Shown here one piece after another: positions 12,443-25,347 of a DNA stretch of 64,000 nt. A program made the translations under genes and the position numbers. The notes beneath the pieces are model-generated. The model saw only the letters and a program-made list of their open reading frames with translations, ran no database searches and was not told the origin of the DNA. Where the stretch lies: contig CDLV01000016.1 in the NCBI GenBank assembly GCA_001244265.2, positions 806,001 to 870,000 on the forward strand, read 5' to 3'. The DNA comes from Microbotryum violaceum. Taxonomy: Eukaryota. Positions within the stretch are counted from its first letter, which is position 1. The number at the start of each line of letters is the position of its first letter.

Positions 12443-12848
12443 TCATACAGTGAACCCCAACGACTTCATACACCTCCGATGCGCCTCGACAATCTTTTCA
12501 CATTCCTTCGCACTCGAACCCGCTTCATCGACATTACTTCCAAAGCGGAGGAAGCAGTCGTCCCGCGCTTTCTTCGTTTCAGGGCAAGCGCAACACCTGC
12601 TCTCGTCGAAATCACCGATCGCCAAAATGAGTGAGAGGGTGAGATGGACAGGACGAAGAGAAATTGCTTCGCTAGAATGCGTACGGTTTCAGGCCCTCGG
12701 GATTCAGAGGGTTCAAAGCCGGGTTCGCGGCTTCACTGTTGGTCAAGACCCTCGGCGATGCGGATGGTGCCACATTCGACGAGGATGGCGAATCGACCGC
12801 CACAGTCGACGGCGAAGCGGACGCTGACGAACTGGTGAAGGGCCACAT
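12443..12848 (-). CDS. COX17: Mitochondrial copper chaperone Cox17
   Basis: Exons 12848-12685 and 12596-12443 give KPCCACPETKKARDDC...CEKIVEAHRRCMKSLGF (CCxC plus twin Cx9C). Confidence 0.96.
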
Positions 12849-12958
12849 CGTGCTGACTGGCTTCTTGATGAGTCTTGGGACGTTGTTGAGTTTTGAACTG
12901 CTTGGGGGTGGGGATATGGAAACGAGAAGCGGCAAGCAAGTGGCTGACAGGCTGAATA

Positions 12959-13018
12959 ATGACTAACCGCCACAAGGCGCGGTGGTGGTGGTCAGTGCGC
13001 CTTGTGGCGGTTAGTCAT
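12959..13018. repeat. Perfect 22-bp inverted repeat with a 16-nt spacer
   Basis: ATGACTAACCGCCACAAGGCGC (12959-12980) and GCGCCTTGTGGCGGTTAGTCAT (12997-13018). Confidence 0.95.
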
Positions 13019-14193
13019 CATCGGTCGGCGAAACGGCGATCGCTGGCGTAAACTTACCGAGTTGGGCCGCCTTTTCATGGTATTTTATTTGATAGATTTC
13101 AATAACAGTCTAATTGTCTTAATACCAAGAAACCTTTGGAAAAGTCGGAGGAAATGCAGTTAAGCACACTGGCTAGGCCAGTAGTGTAGGACTCATTGAC
13201 CCTGAATCAGAATCAATTAGCATACCCACTACAACCCCCCTGGGTGGTTTAAAGAGACAGAAGGAGGCCCTTCATTACTCCTGAATTGACCTCAAATACG
13301 ACCTGGAATGGAGAACCATGAAAACCAGAGACGGATTCGATTCGCAGCGCCTGCACCCTCTTGTATGACAGTGCTTGACAGTGCACATCCGTGAAATTCA
13401 GCATCGTAAAATTACAGTTACTATTTCTGCCCTTCGAGCTGGCGCCCCACGCTCGTAACTCCAGCCTAGCTGCCACTCTCGAGCTCTCCTCATCCAACTT
13501 CAATCTCATCCTCAGCGTGGAATCAAATAGTTTGATGGACATATTGGAGTCTCTCGGTCATATCTCGGATTTTATGAACAAGGATCGAAAACCGACTTTC
13601 CGTGAGTACTCATAGCATTACTCTATCCTGGTCCACAAGTTGTCTCAAGTGGCTCTCTCTCCCCTTCACTGACTGCGCACTTGCGCGAACCGCGTTTCAA
13701 CTCCGACTCGTCGTCCGACTGCAGCATTTCGGCATCGAGCCCGGCCATCATTCAAGTCAACTGGCTCGATTCACACAACAGCCAACACCGCCGTACGTTC
13801 TACTAGTACTGACTAAATACCTTGCTCTGATGCCTGCCCAACCTAACTGTGAATGATCCGGCTGGATTGGTTTGTCCGAGGCTGCCCAGTGCCAACCATA
13901 AATCGCCAGGGCATCGCCTGGACCGCGACAGAGCTGGATGTATGAGAAGAAGAAGAAGCACAGGATCAAAGACTGCGAACGGGTGAACATCCTGATAATC
14001 GGATTCCTTGCAGATCTCAGAAACTCAGTAGCCGATGGACGGACACTAGCAAACTTTTTCTGTTTCTGCGATGCCGCCGAGTGTGGCCGCCACGAGGATA
14101 CCAACTGTGGTACTCGGATCCCGTCGGATCCCATTTCAAGTTGTCAAGGGTCAAAAGCGGTTTTGGCAGATTTCTCAGAATAAGGAACGACCA

Positions 14194-14650
14194 TCAGCGA
14201 CCGCTCGTACTGAGCGGACCAGGGGCGGGCGCGCTCGATCCGGCCTCGATCGGTGGATGTGGGATTGTTGTACCGCTCGGAGACGTTGGAGGTGGAGTCG
14301 CGGAGGTAGGACTTGCCCTATACAAGAGAAACCAGATCAAGCCAAGTCCACCGACAGCGAAACCCAGCATGATGGCGCGGTTGTCGTCAATCATCTTGCG
14401 CGGGGCGGTACTGGCGGGGCCACCGACTCTCTCGACGTAGGTGCGACGTTGGGGCTGTTGCACCTGTTGTGCTTGCATCTGCCATCACCAAGACATGTAA
14501 GGGTGAGTGACTGATCACAATCCGAGGCTGATGGTGATGGTAACGACGTACGACTGGACGGTGGGCCAGAGCCGGCGTCGCACGAACACTGCCACTCGTC
14601 ATAGCGTGTCGGAGCGAGTTGGCCGCACGAGTGCTTCCGAGGCCCAGCAT
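14194..14650 (-). CDS. Small (~127 aa) putative mitochondrial single-pass membrane protein
   Basis: Exon 14650-14552 (MLGLGSTRAANSLRHAM...HRPV), intron GTACGT...CAG at 14551-14479, exon 14478-14194 with RRTY and a hydrophobic AIMLGFAVGGLGLIWFLLY segment. Confidence 0.7.
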
Positions 14651-15283
14651 GATGGTCGGATGAGGTGGAGGTTGTGAGTGTGGGCAACACTATTGGTGCT
14701 AGTAGGGAGTACGTGTGCAGAAGATGTAGCTTGGAGTGTTGAATGCGAGGTGTTATGTCCCTGCTTGACTGTGCGACGACGGCGGCAAGAAGAGAGATGC
14801 GGCGGCCGGGAGAGCTTGGCTTCGACGCGCGCTGCCGAGGTCAGCCGAGTTCGACGATCGGGCCGCTGCGGCGATGATGTCAACCCCCACATGGCTCCTC
14901 TCACCCCATCTCGCTTCCTCCAGCCTTCGCGTGACCATCGAGATGACTTTTGGCGATCGAGAGGGATCTTGATCTTGCCTTGTCTGCACTGACTCTAGAT
15001 ACCTACATACACAGAACTGGGTTGCTTACTGTTTTGTCTCGATTGTTCAACATAGAGCCGAAAGACCATCGAGCTCGATCAAGCCGAAAGAGGGGTCCGA
15101 GACCTCGAAAGCGGCGAATATCACGAAAAAACAGATATTAGGGTTATGTAACAAACTATTGTGAAAGGAAATGAAGAGGGGAGAAATACGCCAGAAAAGT
15201 ATAGAACTAGTCATGTAACGAGACACAATTCGAATCCAGAACCCTGAAATGTTTAGTGCAACGAACACAGCAGCCAGTCTCGA

Positions 15284-18200
15284 TCAGATGGCATCGATAC
15301 CGTCGGACCAAGGCTGATCAGGAGGACCACGCTCGACATGAACCTTGCCCTCGGCGTCCATTTTGGCGAACTCGGCACTGGCATAGATCTTGAGCTCGTT
15401 CAAGCGAGTCGCCTCGGCCGCGCCGATGCCCAGCGTATCATCGCAGATCCAAACGACCGGTGCATCCTCGTACGTCGCGGGGTGTTGGTACTCTCGTTCG
15501 ACGTTCTTGTCCTGAGGCGGCTCGTAGTCTTCCTTGCTCTCCTTGCGGGGAGGGTAGGCGCCGACGGACGCATCGTGGCCCGCAGAAATGGGGGTCGTGC
15601 TCTGAAGGTAGTGGCATTCGTGGGGAGGGAAGCGGACATGGGTCGTGTGCCAGTGGAAGACGGCAACGAGCGCGAGCAGCAACGCCATCAAGACACCACC
15701 GGCCAATCCAGGCTTGGAGCGCTTGCCCGTCGCGTCGGTCGCGAGGAAGAAGAGACCGCACAGGCACACGAGTTCGAGGTAGAGCGAGACAAAGACGGTG
15801 ACCATGGCCTTGCGCATGAACTCGCCACCGGTCTCGAGACTGTTGGGTTGGTCGACTACCCAGATGAGCGTGTACTTGTAGAGGATGTACAGGAGCACGA
15901 AGGTGAAGAGACCAAAGAGCGTGATGACGGGCTGGATGCACGAGTAAACGACGCCGACGCAGAGCAACAAGGCGACGGGGGGCCACGTCGTCGCGAGCGC
16001 AATCGCCCCCATCTTGTTGCTGAACTTGAACTCCTTACGAGGGGTCGGGCCGGAGAGGATGAAGCCGAGGTAGCTCATCACAAAGGGCACGGCGCGCGAG
16101 ATCGCCAGACCGAACGAGGTGAGCGCATCTGGGCAGAACGAGTGAGGAGTCAGATCAACACAGTTAAAGATGTGCACTAACGTGAGGGGCGGGACTGACA
16201 AAGAGCGAGCCACTGCAAGAAGAATGTCGAAGCGGTGGGCAGCTTTTGTGCCAAAAGCGTCGGCAGTTGAGGCAACTGGGTCTTGATGTTCTTCAAAGCC
16301 GCGGGGAGACCGGCTACAGAACGGACCAGCAAGAACGATTAGTTGTTAACTTATGCTTGGCGTCACCTATGCAACGGAGGACCCACACGAAACAGTGACG
16401 ATCAAGAATCCGTGGATGACCTGGAAAAGCCAGAAACGCACAAAGAGCTGCTTCTCGATCTCACTCTTGCGAACGGTGCCTTGCATCTTGCAAAAGAAGC
16501 GCAGGATGATCGGCAAGAGCATGAAGAGGACGGCCAACAAGACGGGAGGAAGGATACCTGCGATACATATACGAGGATACTCAGCACATAGCATGCACAT
16601 AGTTGGACGTGCGCCAACTGACCTTGAATGATACCAATGACGGTGGGAGGAATCTTTTTCAAGAAGCTGAGGAAGGACACGGTCGAGGAGAGCGAGTTGA
16701 TGTTGGACAGCACACCGACAAACGCGACGGGGATCGCCCAGATGATGATGAGACCGATCGTCAACGACCACGACAGGATCTTGCGGGATGCGCGCATCGC
16801 AGGCGCCATCTTGAGGTTCGACCAAACGACGTCTTCGGCCATGATGTCGACTCCAGGTTCGATCTTACCAGCGGTGACGGCCTTGTCGACGCGCATCTTG
16901 TCCTTGGTGGAGGTCGTGGCCGGGTCTACAGAGCTGGCGAAGGCATGGGCTTGTTCACGCGTAGCGAAGCGGACAAAAATTGTATCGCCCATGGGCAGTT
17001 CGTTGAGACCAGCGCGCGCCTTCTCCAGCTCGGCGTCCTTCTCTTGGATGTAAGCAGGCGAGTTGTTGAGGGTGTCGACCTTCTCGCCGAGCAAGCCCAT
17101 GAAGCCTCGCTTGTGGCTCGGTTGCTTCTTCTTGGGAATGTATTGACCAATCAACGAGTCCGCCTCGACATCCGCAGCCTTGGAAGCCTCGGGCAGCTTG
17201 TTCTTGCGCTTGTTCTTGGCCGCGAGGGCGAGGACCGATCCTACGGCGTTCTCGAGCTTGGCCGTTTCCTTGTTGCGTTCGTCGTAGACGTCTTCCATCT
17301 TGCCGATGATACGCGACAACCATATGTTGGTGATCTCACCCGTCTCGCCGACGAGCTCCTGCACGCCTTCACGCGAGCGGTACTTTTCGGGGACGTTGCT
17401 GATGACGACCGTGCGTGCGGCATCGAGGTTGGCGCGAGCAGGGGAGGCGAGCCATTCCTGGCGCACTTGCTTGTAGTGATAGTACTCTTGGTCAATGAGG
17501 TAAAGCGTGTAGACTATCGAGAGGCAAGGTGGTCGCAGAATGAGGGTCAATATCTCGATCGCGGTCTGATGCGTGCGAAGATCACGTGACGCGTCGAGCT
17601 TACGCGTGAGCAGGATCGCGACCAGGAAGTAAGCGATCAGACGAAGTTGCTGCGTCGTGGCAACGTTGCCGTACGTAAACTTGTTGAGCTGTTGGGATGT
17701 AACGAAAGCGAGACTTTGATTGAGCCTGGTGATGACACCGTTTCGAGAGCCTCGTGACGATGGCACGTACCCCTTTAGCGTTTGCTGCTCCCGTGCCGGC
17801 GATCGGCATAAGGATGAGCCAAGTGACGATAAAAAAGGGGCCAAAGATCATGACTGCGAGCCTGTGATCGGTGGTACGACATGGCCGAAGTTTGCATGTC
17901 CAGTCAAAATGGTCGTCGTTGTTGTAGTAGTAAATGCCAAGCCGCGATAAAGAAAATTGTCGGGACCGCCAAGGAAGGAAATATGGTAGGAGAGGCTCAT
18001 CGATTACGTCAGGGATCCAAGCTTGTTTTGTTCATTTAGGGTTTCTTTCCTCAGGCACCGCGAAATCGGACGCGCGCAGTCGGCTCGGGCGAGCTCAAGA
18101 CGGCAAGGCCCGGCCGAGTCTGCATCAAGTGGGGAGCCAAAGGACTAACCTGATGAAGCGCATGAAAAAGTACGTGTCGGGACCTTGGCTGTGGAGGATC

Positions 18201-18777
18201 ACATCATCGGATGTTGTGACGACCGTTTTGACCCATTGTATAGGATTCGTCGGGAGATCAGGTGCTCGTTTCCTGCGGAGGCACGAGGGAGGTGGGGCCA
18301 CGATTCGAGCAGCGTAAGCAGAGTTGCGACCGAAGTGACAGTAAAAACAATAATAAATAAAGCGGTCCGGCCAGAAACCAGGTACTCACTCGGGAGGAGG
18401 AAAGATGGTACGGGGTGCGTAGACGGCCTGGTTCCTCTTTCGCAGCGCGAGCCAAACGGCGAGCAGAGCTCCGAGCACGACCAGACCCGTGATGAGCGCC
18501 GAGATGAAGGTAGCGGTCGAGTTGGACTGATCGCTCGTGTCGGCATTGGTGGCAGACCTGAAGAAAGAGAAAGCGTCCGAATGTAAGCTCCTGCGAAAGA
18601 CGCTCGCGTGGCAGCAGCACTGCTCGATCCGATTCGATGGATGAGCCTCTCTGCCCAGTGCCCTCCCGCGGAAGCGGAGCACGTGAATCGAGCGAGGTCA
18701 AGGCGCAGGGAAGCCCCAGCAGGCAAGAACCCCGGGGTGGCAGGGAAGGTACAGCACCGGCCACGCACTACTCACAT
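15284..18777 (-). CDS. OSCA/TMEM63/CSC1 (Rsn1/Phm7-family) channel
   Basis: N-terminal TM followed by VYAPR, GPDTYFFMRF, ARTVVISNVP, VVWSNL, WAIPVAFVG, GILPPVLLAVL, YSCIQP, GGEF, YQHPA, WICDDTLGIG. The start codon AT|G is split by intron 18775-18558. Confidence 0.93.
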
Positions 18778-20080
18778 GATGGTCTTGACCCTTCTTCAGG
18801 TGTGAGGGCTCTGAAAAAAGCAAGAGTGAAGGTGAAGGCGAGAGCGAAGAAAACGACCAAGAGGCTCGTGCCAAACGACTAGCGGGGGTCCTGTTGTCGT
18901 TGACGCGTTGACGTAGGTTGACGTAGGGCAATCTCATTCTCCGCCCCAGGGAGATCACCGCCTGGCAGCCGCGGGCCGCCCACGCACGCCGACGTCGCAC
19001 GGGCCACGGGCGACGTTGGTTGAAGAAAATCGGTCGAGGCCCTCCCGGAAATGCGACCTGTCCGCAGCTTCTTAGTTTACTTTTTCTGTCCAACGGGTTT
19101 TGTTTCGGCCCTGACCTCCATCGCAGTCGTCTCGAGTTCTTTCTTCAGCACTCAAGCAAGAAAAGGCTCAGCCAGACCCAGAGAGAATGTCCTCTCGCCT
19201 ACACAGCCCCTTTCTGCACCGCCACCCACCCTGCCCACTTGCTTGCAATTTGCAATATACCCCGATCAAGTTTCGTCCTTCACCTCTCCATCGCGCTCTG
19301 TAGCCATAAAACATTCCTACCTTGCGCCCGATTCCTGAAAGATCTAGACCGCGTGGAACTTTAGACACCTGTGTCTCATCGAGTAAAGCACTCGCCCTTT
19401 CTGCCGCGGCCGATAGGAGACCTTTGTCTCGGAAATCAGGGCTCGCAAAATTCAGCCTACGCCCATTCACCGTCACTCTGAATCTGTACAGCTTCTTCAG
19501 TCGCTCAGATCTTTTTCTCAGTCACCCACTTCCACCAGTTGGTGGTATCGCTTACAAGCACCAGCATGATCAATCTTTCGAGTCGCCGTCGATCGGCGAT
19601 CGGACCATCGCAAGCTTAGTTCGCCGCTACGCGGTCACGGCCCACACTGGAAAAGCACGTGAAACTCACGATGGATCCGATCATGTCGGCCCGCGTACGA
19701 GCCTTTCCAGCTCCAAGTCCGGTCTTCGAGGGTCAACCTCGAGACGGGAATCGGAAGAATTTAAGAGGGTTTCAAGATGCTTAACAAATATCGATCATGG
19801 TACGCTATGCACACACACACGATCGGAGTGTTAGGGCCGGGAGAACTCTCAGATGACCCCGCCTCGGCGATCGTCCGATGAAGCGCCTCTGATGCAGTCG
19901 AGCTACATGAAAGAGCTATTTACATGCTACCCCTATCTAACACCCAACAAGGCACCTGCGAAAGCCAAGACCGTGGTGCGATTCTGCCACCCCTACTCTT
20001 CCAAATTTGAAGCTCATCGATCCACGATCACCCTTAACCCTGCGGGTCCCTCATCCCACCTGCTAAATTCCAACCCTTTT

Positions 20081-21503
20081 TCAAAGCTTTCTCTTCTTCT
20101 TATGCGATCCCTCGCCAAAGATATCGACCCCCCAAGCCCTCGAAGGGTCGACCGTGCGCGTATGACCCAACTCCTTGGATCGAGCTTCGAGTTTCTCCAT
20201 TTCCTGGGGTGTCAACTCGATATCTGCGTATCCGGCGAGAGGTAGAAGGAAATAAAATGTGAAGTTATGCTTTGAGAACTAGCCTCGGCAAGGCCTATGC
20301 ACTTACCCTTGAAGTTATCCTCGATCCTCTTCGGCGTCACCGATTTGGGCAAGCACACAATCCCGCGTTGGACTTGCCAACTGATCAAAACGTTCGCCGG
20401 ACCGACGTTGTGCGCTTTCGCGATTGCTTGAACCTTTGAAATACAAAAGGAGCATATATCAGTACGGCGCGATAGCAATTACGAGGCGTAAGGGTAACGT
20501 ACGACTTCATCCTCGAGTTGAGGAGCTCCGGTCGAGCCGAGAGGGGAGTATGCCTCGAGGAGGATCCCGTTCTCCTTTGACCACTGCAGAACGGTTCGCT
20601 CGGTTCGATCAGTAAAGGTCCAGAAAGACCACATACGTGCGAAGTAAAACTGACTTTGACGAGTTCGGGTTGCGAGCAGCGCAAGTTGAGTTCGACCTGG
20701 TTAACGGCGGGCTTGATGCGAGCCTACGACGACAAAAACACCTTCATCAGCTTCTCTCATTCCCTTCCTTGATTCCCCACCGCGCAAGCGCTTACCTGCT
20801 CCAACAACTTCTTCGCCCTCTCGATACTAAAGTTCGAAATCCCAACGTTCTTGACCTTTCCGGAATCCACCAAGTTTTCCATCGCCCTCCAAGTCGGCAT
20901 CGGATCCTTTGTCAACTCTTGATCCACTTTCGGACTCTTTCCATCCTCCGCTTTTCCCTTTCCGAACGCAACAGGCCAATGCATCAAATACAAATCCAGA
21001 TAACCCACGCCCAAATTGTGAAGCGTTTCATCGAGTGCTTTTTCGACTCGCTCGGGGGAGTGGAACGAGTTCCATAATTTGGAGGTGATGAACAGGTCCG
21101 AGCGGGAGATTTGGGAATCGACGATCCCTTGGCCGACTTCAACTTCGTTACCGTAGATCCATGCGGCGTCGATGTGTCTTTGTGGACCACGGAGAACACA
21201 TGGAGTTTAGCGTCGATGGAAATCGACGATGGTGACGCCTGCCCGACCCCGCGAGTAATCCGCACCTCCAAGAGTAAGAACGTACCTATATCCAACCTTG
21301 ATAGCCGAAGCGACTGCCTTTCTTACTTGCCCAGGTTCACTTTGCCAAGTCCTGTACCCGACGTCGGTCAATCCGTGTCAGCACGTCATACGTCATTCCC
21401 TTCGCTACGCCTGCTCCGGGGTGAGGGGTAGTACTCACCCAAGACCAACGGCAGGAATCTTGATCGCCGATGAGCCGAGGGTAAAGTTACGACCGAGGGA
21501 CAT
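20081..21503 (-). CDS. Aldo-keto reductase (NADPH-dependent)
   Basis: IPAVGLGTWQS, HIDAAWIYGNE, FITSKLWN, YLDLYLMHWP, GISNF, VNQVE, AYSPLGS, LPKSVTPKRI. Six introns. Ends GSHKKKRKL*. Confidence 0.95.
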
Positions 21504-21833
21504 GATGACCGTGTTTTGTTTTTGGTATGAGCAGATTTAAAGTCCGATGATGAGGGAGGGGGGAAACCGAACGAAAGCCGTTCTCTCAATCCGGTCCCTC
21601 CACTTTGTAGCCCCCCCCCCCCCCGGTTGATTTGAGTCGCCGGAACCCGATCGCGCGGGTTTCGATCGGCGCTGATCAGTTAGATCGTAAAATTATCGAG
21701 TTCGGATCTCGGATCAAGAAAAATCTTTTGGTCAGAATAAAAAGTCCAGAGCATAAACCACCATGGGCAGGTAAAAGAGCGAGGTTGCATTGCACCCGTT
21801 CCAGCCTTTCCCCCCCCCCAACCGTGCCCTCTT

Positions 21834-24800
21834 TTACGATCTCCAATACTGCGCTACAGAGTGGATCCTATCCAACACGGACGTAAAATACGATGTCTCG
21901 TTCAACAACGCTTCGAATTGCTTGATCGCTTCTTCCTCGCTTAGATGGAGTAAGAACTTATCCTGCACCTGAGAAAGATCAAAGCCAGAACGAATCAACA
22001 ACCAAAAAAGCCCCATCCGATCCCAGAACCCAAAGTCACGCCACGCTGCGCTCGTTCCCTTCCCTACACGTACCTTCCCTACGGCCTTATCGGGTTCTAT
22101 CTTGATATCCTGGATGTTCGCCTCCGTCATCAAGCTCACCAAATTGATCAACAGATTACCATTCTTCCTCAACAGACTGAAAGCGGTCCCGCATAACTTC
22201 TTGAACCTCTTGTACTCGGTCGAATGTAAACCGCCCATCGCGTCGACCATCTCTTTACAAACTTTGACGGCGGGAGGGAACGGTTTGGGATCGCGACCCA
22301 AGATGTAACCAAAGTCGACGTGGAAGAAGTGGCCGTCGGGGGAGAGGAGGAGGTTGTCGAGGTGACGATCGCCTACGCCGAGGAGGTACGTGACGACGCA
22401 ATAACCAGCTGATTTATCGGGTGGGTTTTAGAGGGGCAAACAACGACGAAGCTACATCAGGCGCGGTCCTTACTTCGATGGACTCCTTCTCGAGGGACTG
22501 ACCACAACTCCTCACATACGTATCCAATACCTCCGCTCTTACAACCCCCTCCGACACCGCGACGCCTTCATTTCCGATCCCTTGCTTCAAATAACCCAAC
22601 AAACCCTGTGCGCCAAACTCATTCAAAATATCCTGCAAGGTCTTGCTCTCGACGAATTGAACCATCCATCCAATTGGGCGGTCGCCAAGACTCGATAGGG
22701 CATGAGTTTAAGATCGAGGTTTTCGGAGAGGAGTAGTCGGTCCATGAGGGTGAAGAGCTGAATGACGAGTTGGTCTTGACGTAGGTCATCACCGTTCTTG
22801 AAAATGACGGGATAAGCACCTCCTTCGCTTGTGAGGAAGTGTAACTTTAGAGGGAACAAATTCGATTTGAACACGCTCGATCGTTCGGGATCGATACCGA
22901 CGATCCGAGTCTTGGCGTCCAAGGGTAGCGCGATGGGGACGTCGAATTTGAGGAGATGGGCACGGATGTAAGCCCTTAGTCGTTCGATTTTCTTCGGTCG
23001 AGCATCTTTCGACATGCGCAATTCATAAGCCAAACTCGATAACCGAGCGATCAAATCCGTCTGTCTCCTCAACCCATCCCTTCTTGTTTCTGGACCCATC
23101 TCGAGTGAATTCGAAGCCGACGAAGAAGCTTCAAGCTCCGCCACGCGTCGTTCGAATCTCCTACCCACGTCGGCGAATAAGGAACCGCGTTCTTTGTCCT
23201 CCGTTTCGACTTGGATGTACCAATGAAAATGGTTGCCGAGTACGGGGTTTTGCGCACTTCTTTCGATGAGGAAATCGATCAGACTCAAGGCCGTCGTTGG
23301 AGGGGTTGAAGGATCCACGCGGTGATGGTGGTGAGAATGGGAGTGGCCGAGGTGGCGAGAGTGACGGAGCATGGAGGACGACGTCGAGGAGGAAGGGGAC
23401 ATGGAGGGTGGGGGCGGTTCGAACTTGATCGCTTGGACGAGTTGCAAGAGGTACAACATGAGTTCCTTTGGACACCAAAGACCAAAAAGTCAGCGCCCAG
23501 TTCAAGGACTCTTGATCGTGAGACGCACCTCATCATCCGCCTTCTCCAACCTCTTGACCGCGAATGCCCTAACCCTGCGATCCCTAAACGCCTCCCCCGG
23601 CCCCAAAAGTTCCAACGCATCGTCCATCTCGATCTCGACCCACATACCCAACAACACCTCCACGGCTTGTTGCACCTCCCCCGGATCGGACCACGCTACG
23701 GCTTTGAGGAATTTGGTTAGCGCGCGTTTGTCCCGGGTGAGGTAGAAACGGAATTGCCAGAGGAGGTCGCGTTGGGTCGAAGTGAGGTCGCGCGTGGGGG
23801 GGTAGCGTAGGATGTCCTGTGTCGAGCATGCACAAATGGATGATCAGCTACGAGTCTGGTTATGCTTCGAACGCTCAAATGGACGACTGACGTTCAACTC
23901 GTCCCGAATCTTGGCATTCGGCTTCAACTCCCTATCCAACGGTCCCGAGCGATGACTCCTGACCAATCGACGATGTTTCGCTTCGACGGGGTTCTCCCTT
24001 ACTATTTCCGGATCAATGATGGGGAATAAAGAGTGGATAGGTGCCGAGACAGCTTCAATGGTTGGAGCGTTCGTCGTGCCGGGGAGAGGGACGGCGGGGG
24101 AAGCGAGGGTGGGAAGGGTGTACTCCTGTGGGGAGAAAGCGGGTTCAGCCCCATCGCCCGTCCCCTGCTCACCAGACTCGCTCCGTACATGTTCGGAAAA
24201 CACCACAGGGAAATCGAATCTGGGTAAATCAATGTACAAGAACAAGTGTGGGCTCTTGCTCGCTTCGAGCTAATCGCAACGCTCTCAGTCAGCCGGCGCA
24301 AACTTGACAATTTTTTTCAAGTTAGTCGGCGAGCGATGTGGAGTGAGGGACTGACCTGATAGCTCTTTTCGATCTGCCTAAACGCAAGTTTATCGACCCA
24401 ATCCTCCCTCCGTACCTCCCCGCTCTCATGCCTCCTCACACACTTTTCCAACACACCCAACCGATCGTGTCCGCGCTCTCCGTCGTTGGCGAGCTTGCTT
24501 GGTGTCGTACTCGGCACTTTCCCATCGGCTTCACAGTCACGATGAAGGAACAACCTCTGTTTGCCCGCTTTGAGGAGGCGCTTGTTCTTTGAGAACAGGG
24601 GCAACGTACTACCGCCGATGACGAGCGGGGGTTGGTCGGGTCCGGCGAGGGAATAAACGGTCGTGGCGAGTTGAGCATCCAAGGGAAGGTCCGAACATTG
24701 AATACCGAATTCGATCGGTTCTGAATTCCATTCGATCGAAGAGCGCGATTTGAAGGACTTGTAGGACGATTTCCACGGGGGGAGTATTGGTTTGTTGGAG

Positions 24801-25072
24801 GAGTAGAGTTGGAGGATGAGGAAGAGGTCCGGAGGGAGGGAAGGAGGTGTAGCGAGCGCAGAGTGTTTGAGCGAGGGCGTTTGGAGCAGGGTCGTGAGCG
24901 AATAGGTCGGGAGAGGTCCGACGAGCGAGCACAAGCGCAGTTGGAGCGGGACCGTCAGTTGGTGGTGACGGACAAACGTGAGCGACGAGTCGAGGGAGCT
25001 GTGGGAGGTGTTGGGGGGAAGCGAGGAGGTGGACGCGGTGGCGGTAGAGGAGGTGCGACGTGGTGAATCCAT
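21834..25072 (-). CDS. VPS34: Class III PI3-kinase Vps34 (apparent 1-nt frameshift at ~22666)
   Basis: C2 domain, [71 protein letters not shown]-terminal AQYWRS*. Confidence 0.96.
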
Positions 25073-25347
25073 CGTGGCAAGTGGGGGGAAGAAGGAGGTG
25101 TGAGGAAACAAAGTGCGCGAAACGGTAGCCAGGCAGAGTCAAGTCTAATAGTGTCTAATGAGAAGGTAGAGCCTGATTAGTGTCTAATTGGGCTCAAGTC
25201 GGCGCTCAAGCGCTCAAGCGCTCAAGCTCAAGTGGGGGGACGGCGGACGGCGCGCCATTTACGATCGACGCCCGGACGGTCCCTCCCACTTGCGCCTCGC
25301 CTCGACTCGACTCATTCTCTCTTTCATTCCTATCACCTCGCATTACA

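Noticed and set aside
15338-17589. Long plus-strand ORFs (280 and 328 aa)
   Set aside because: Antisense shadows of the GC3-rich OSCA/CSC1 coding exons.
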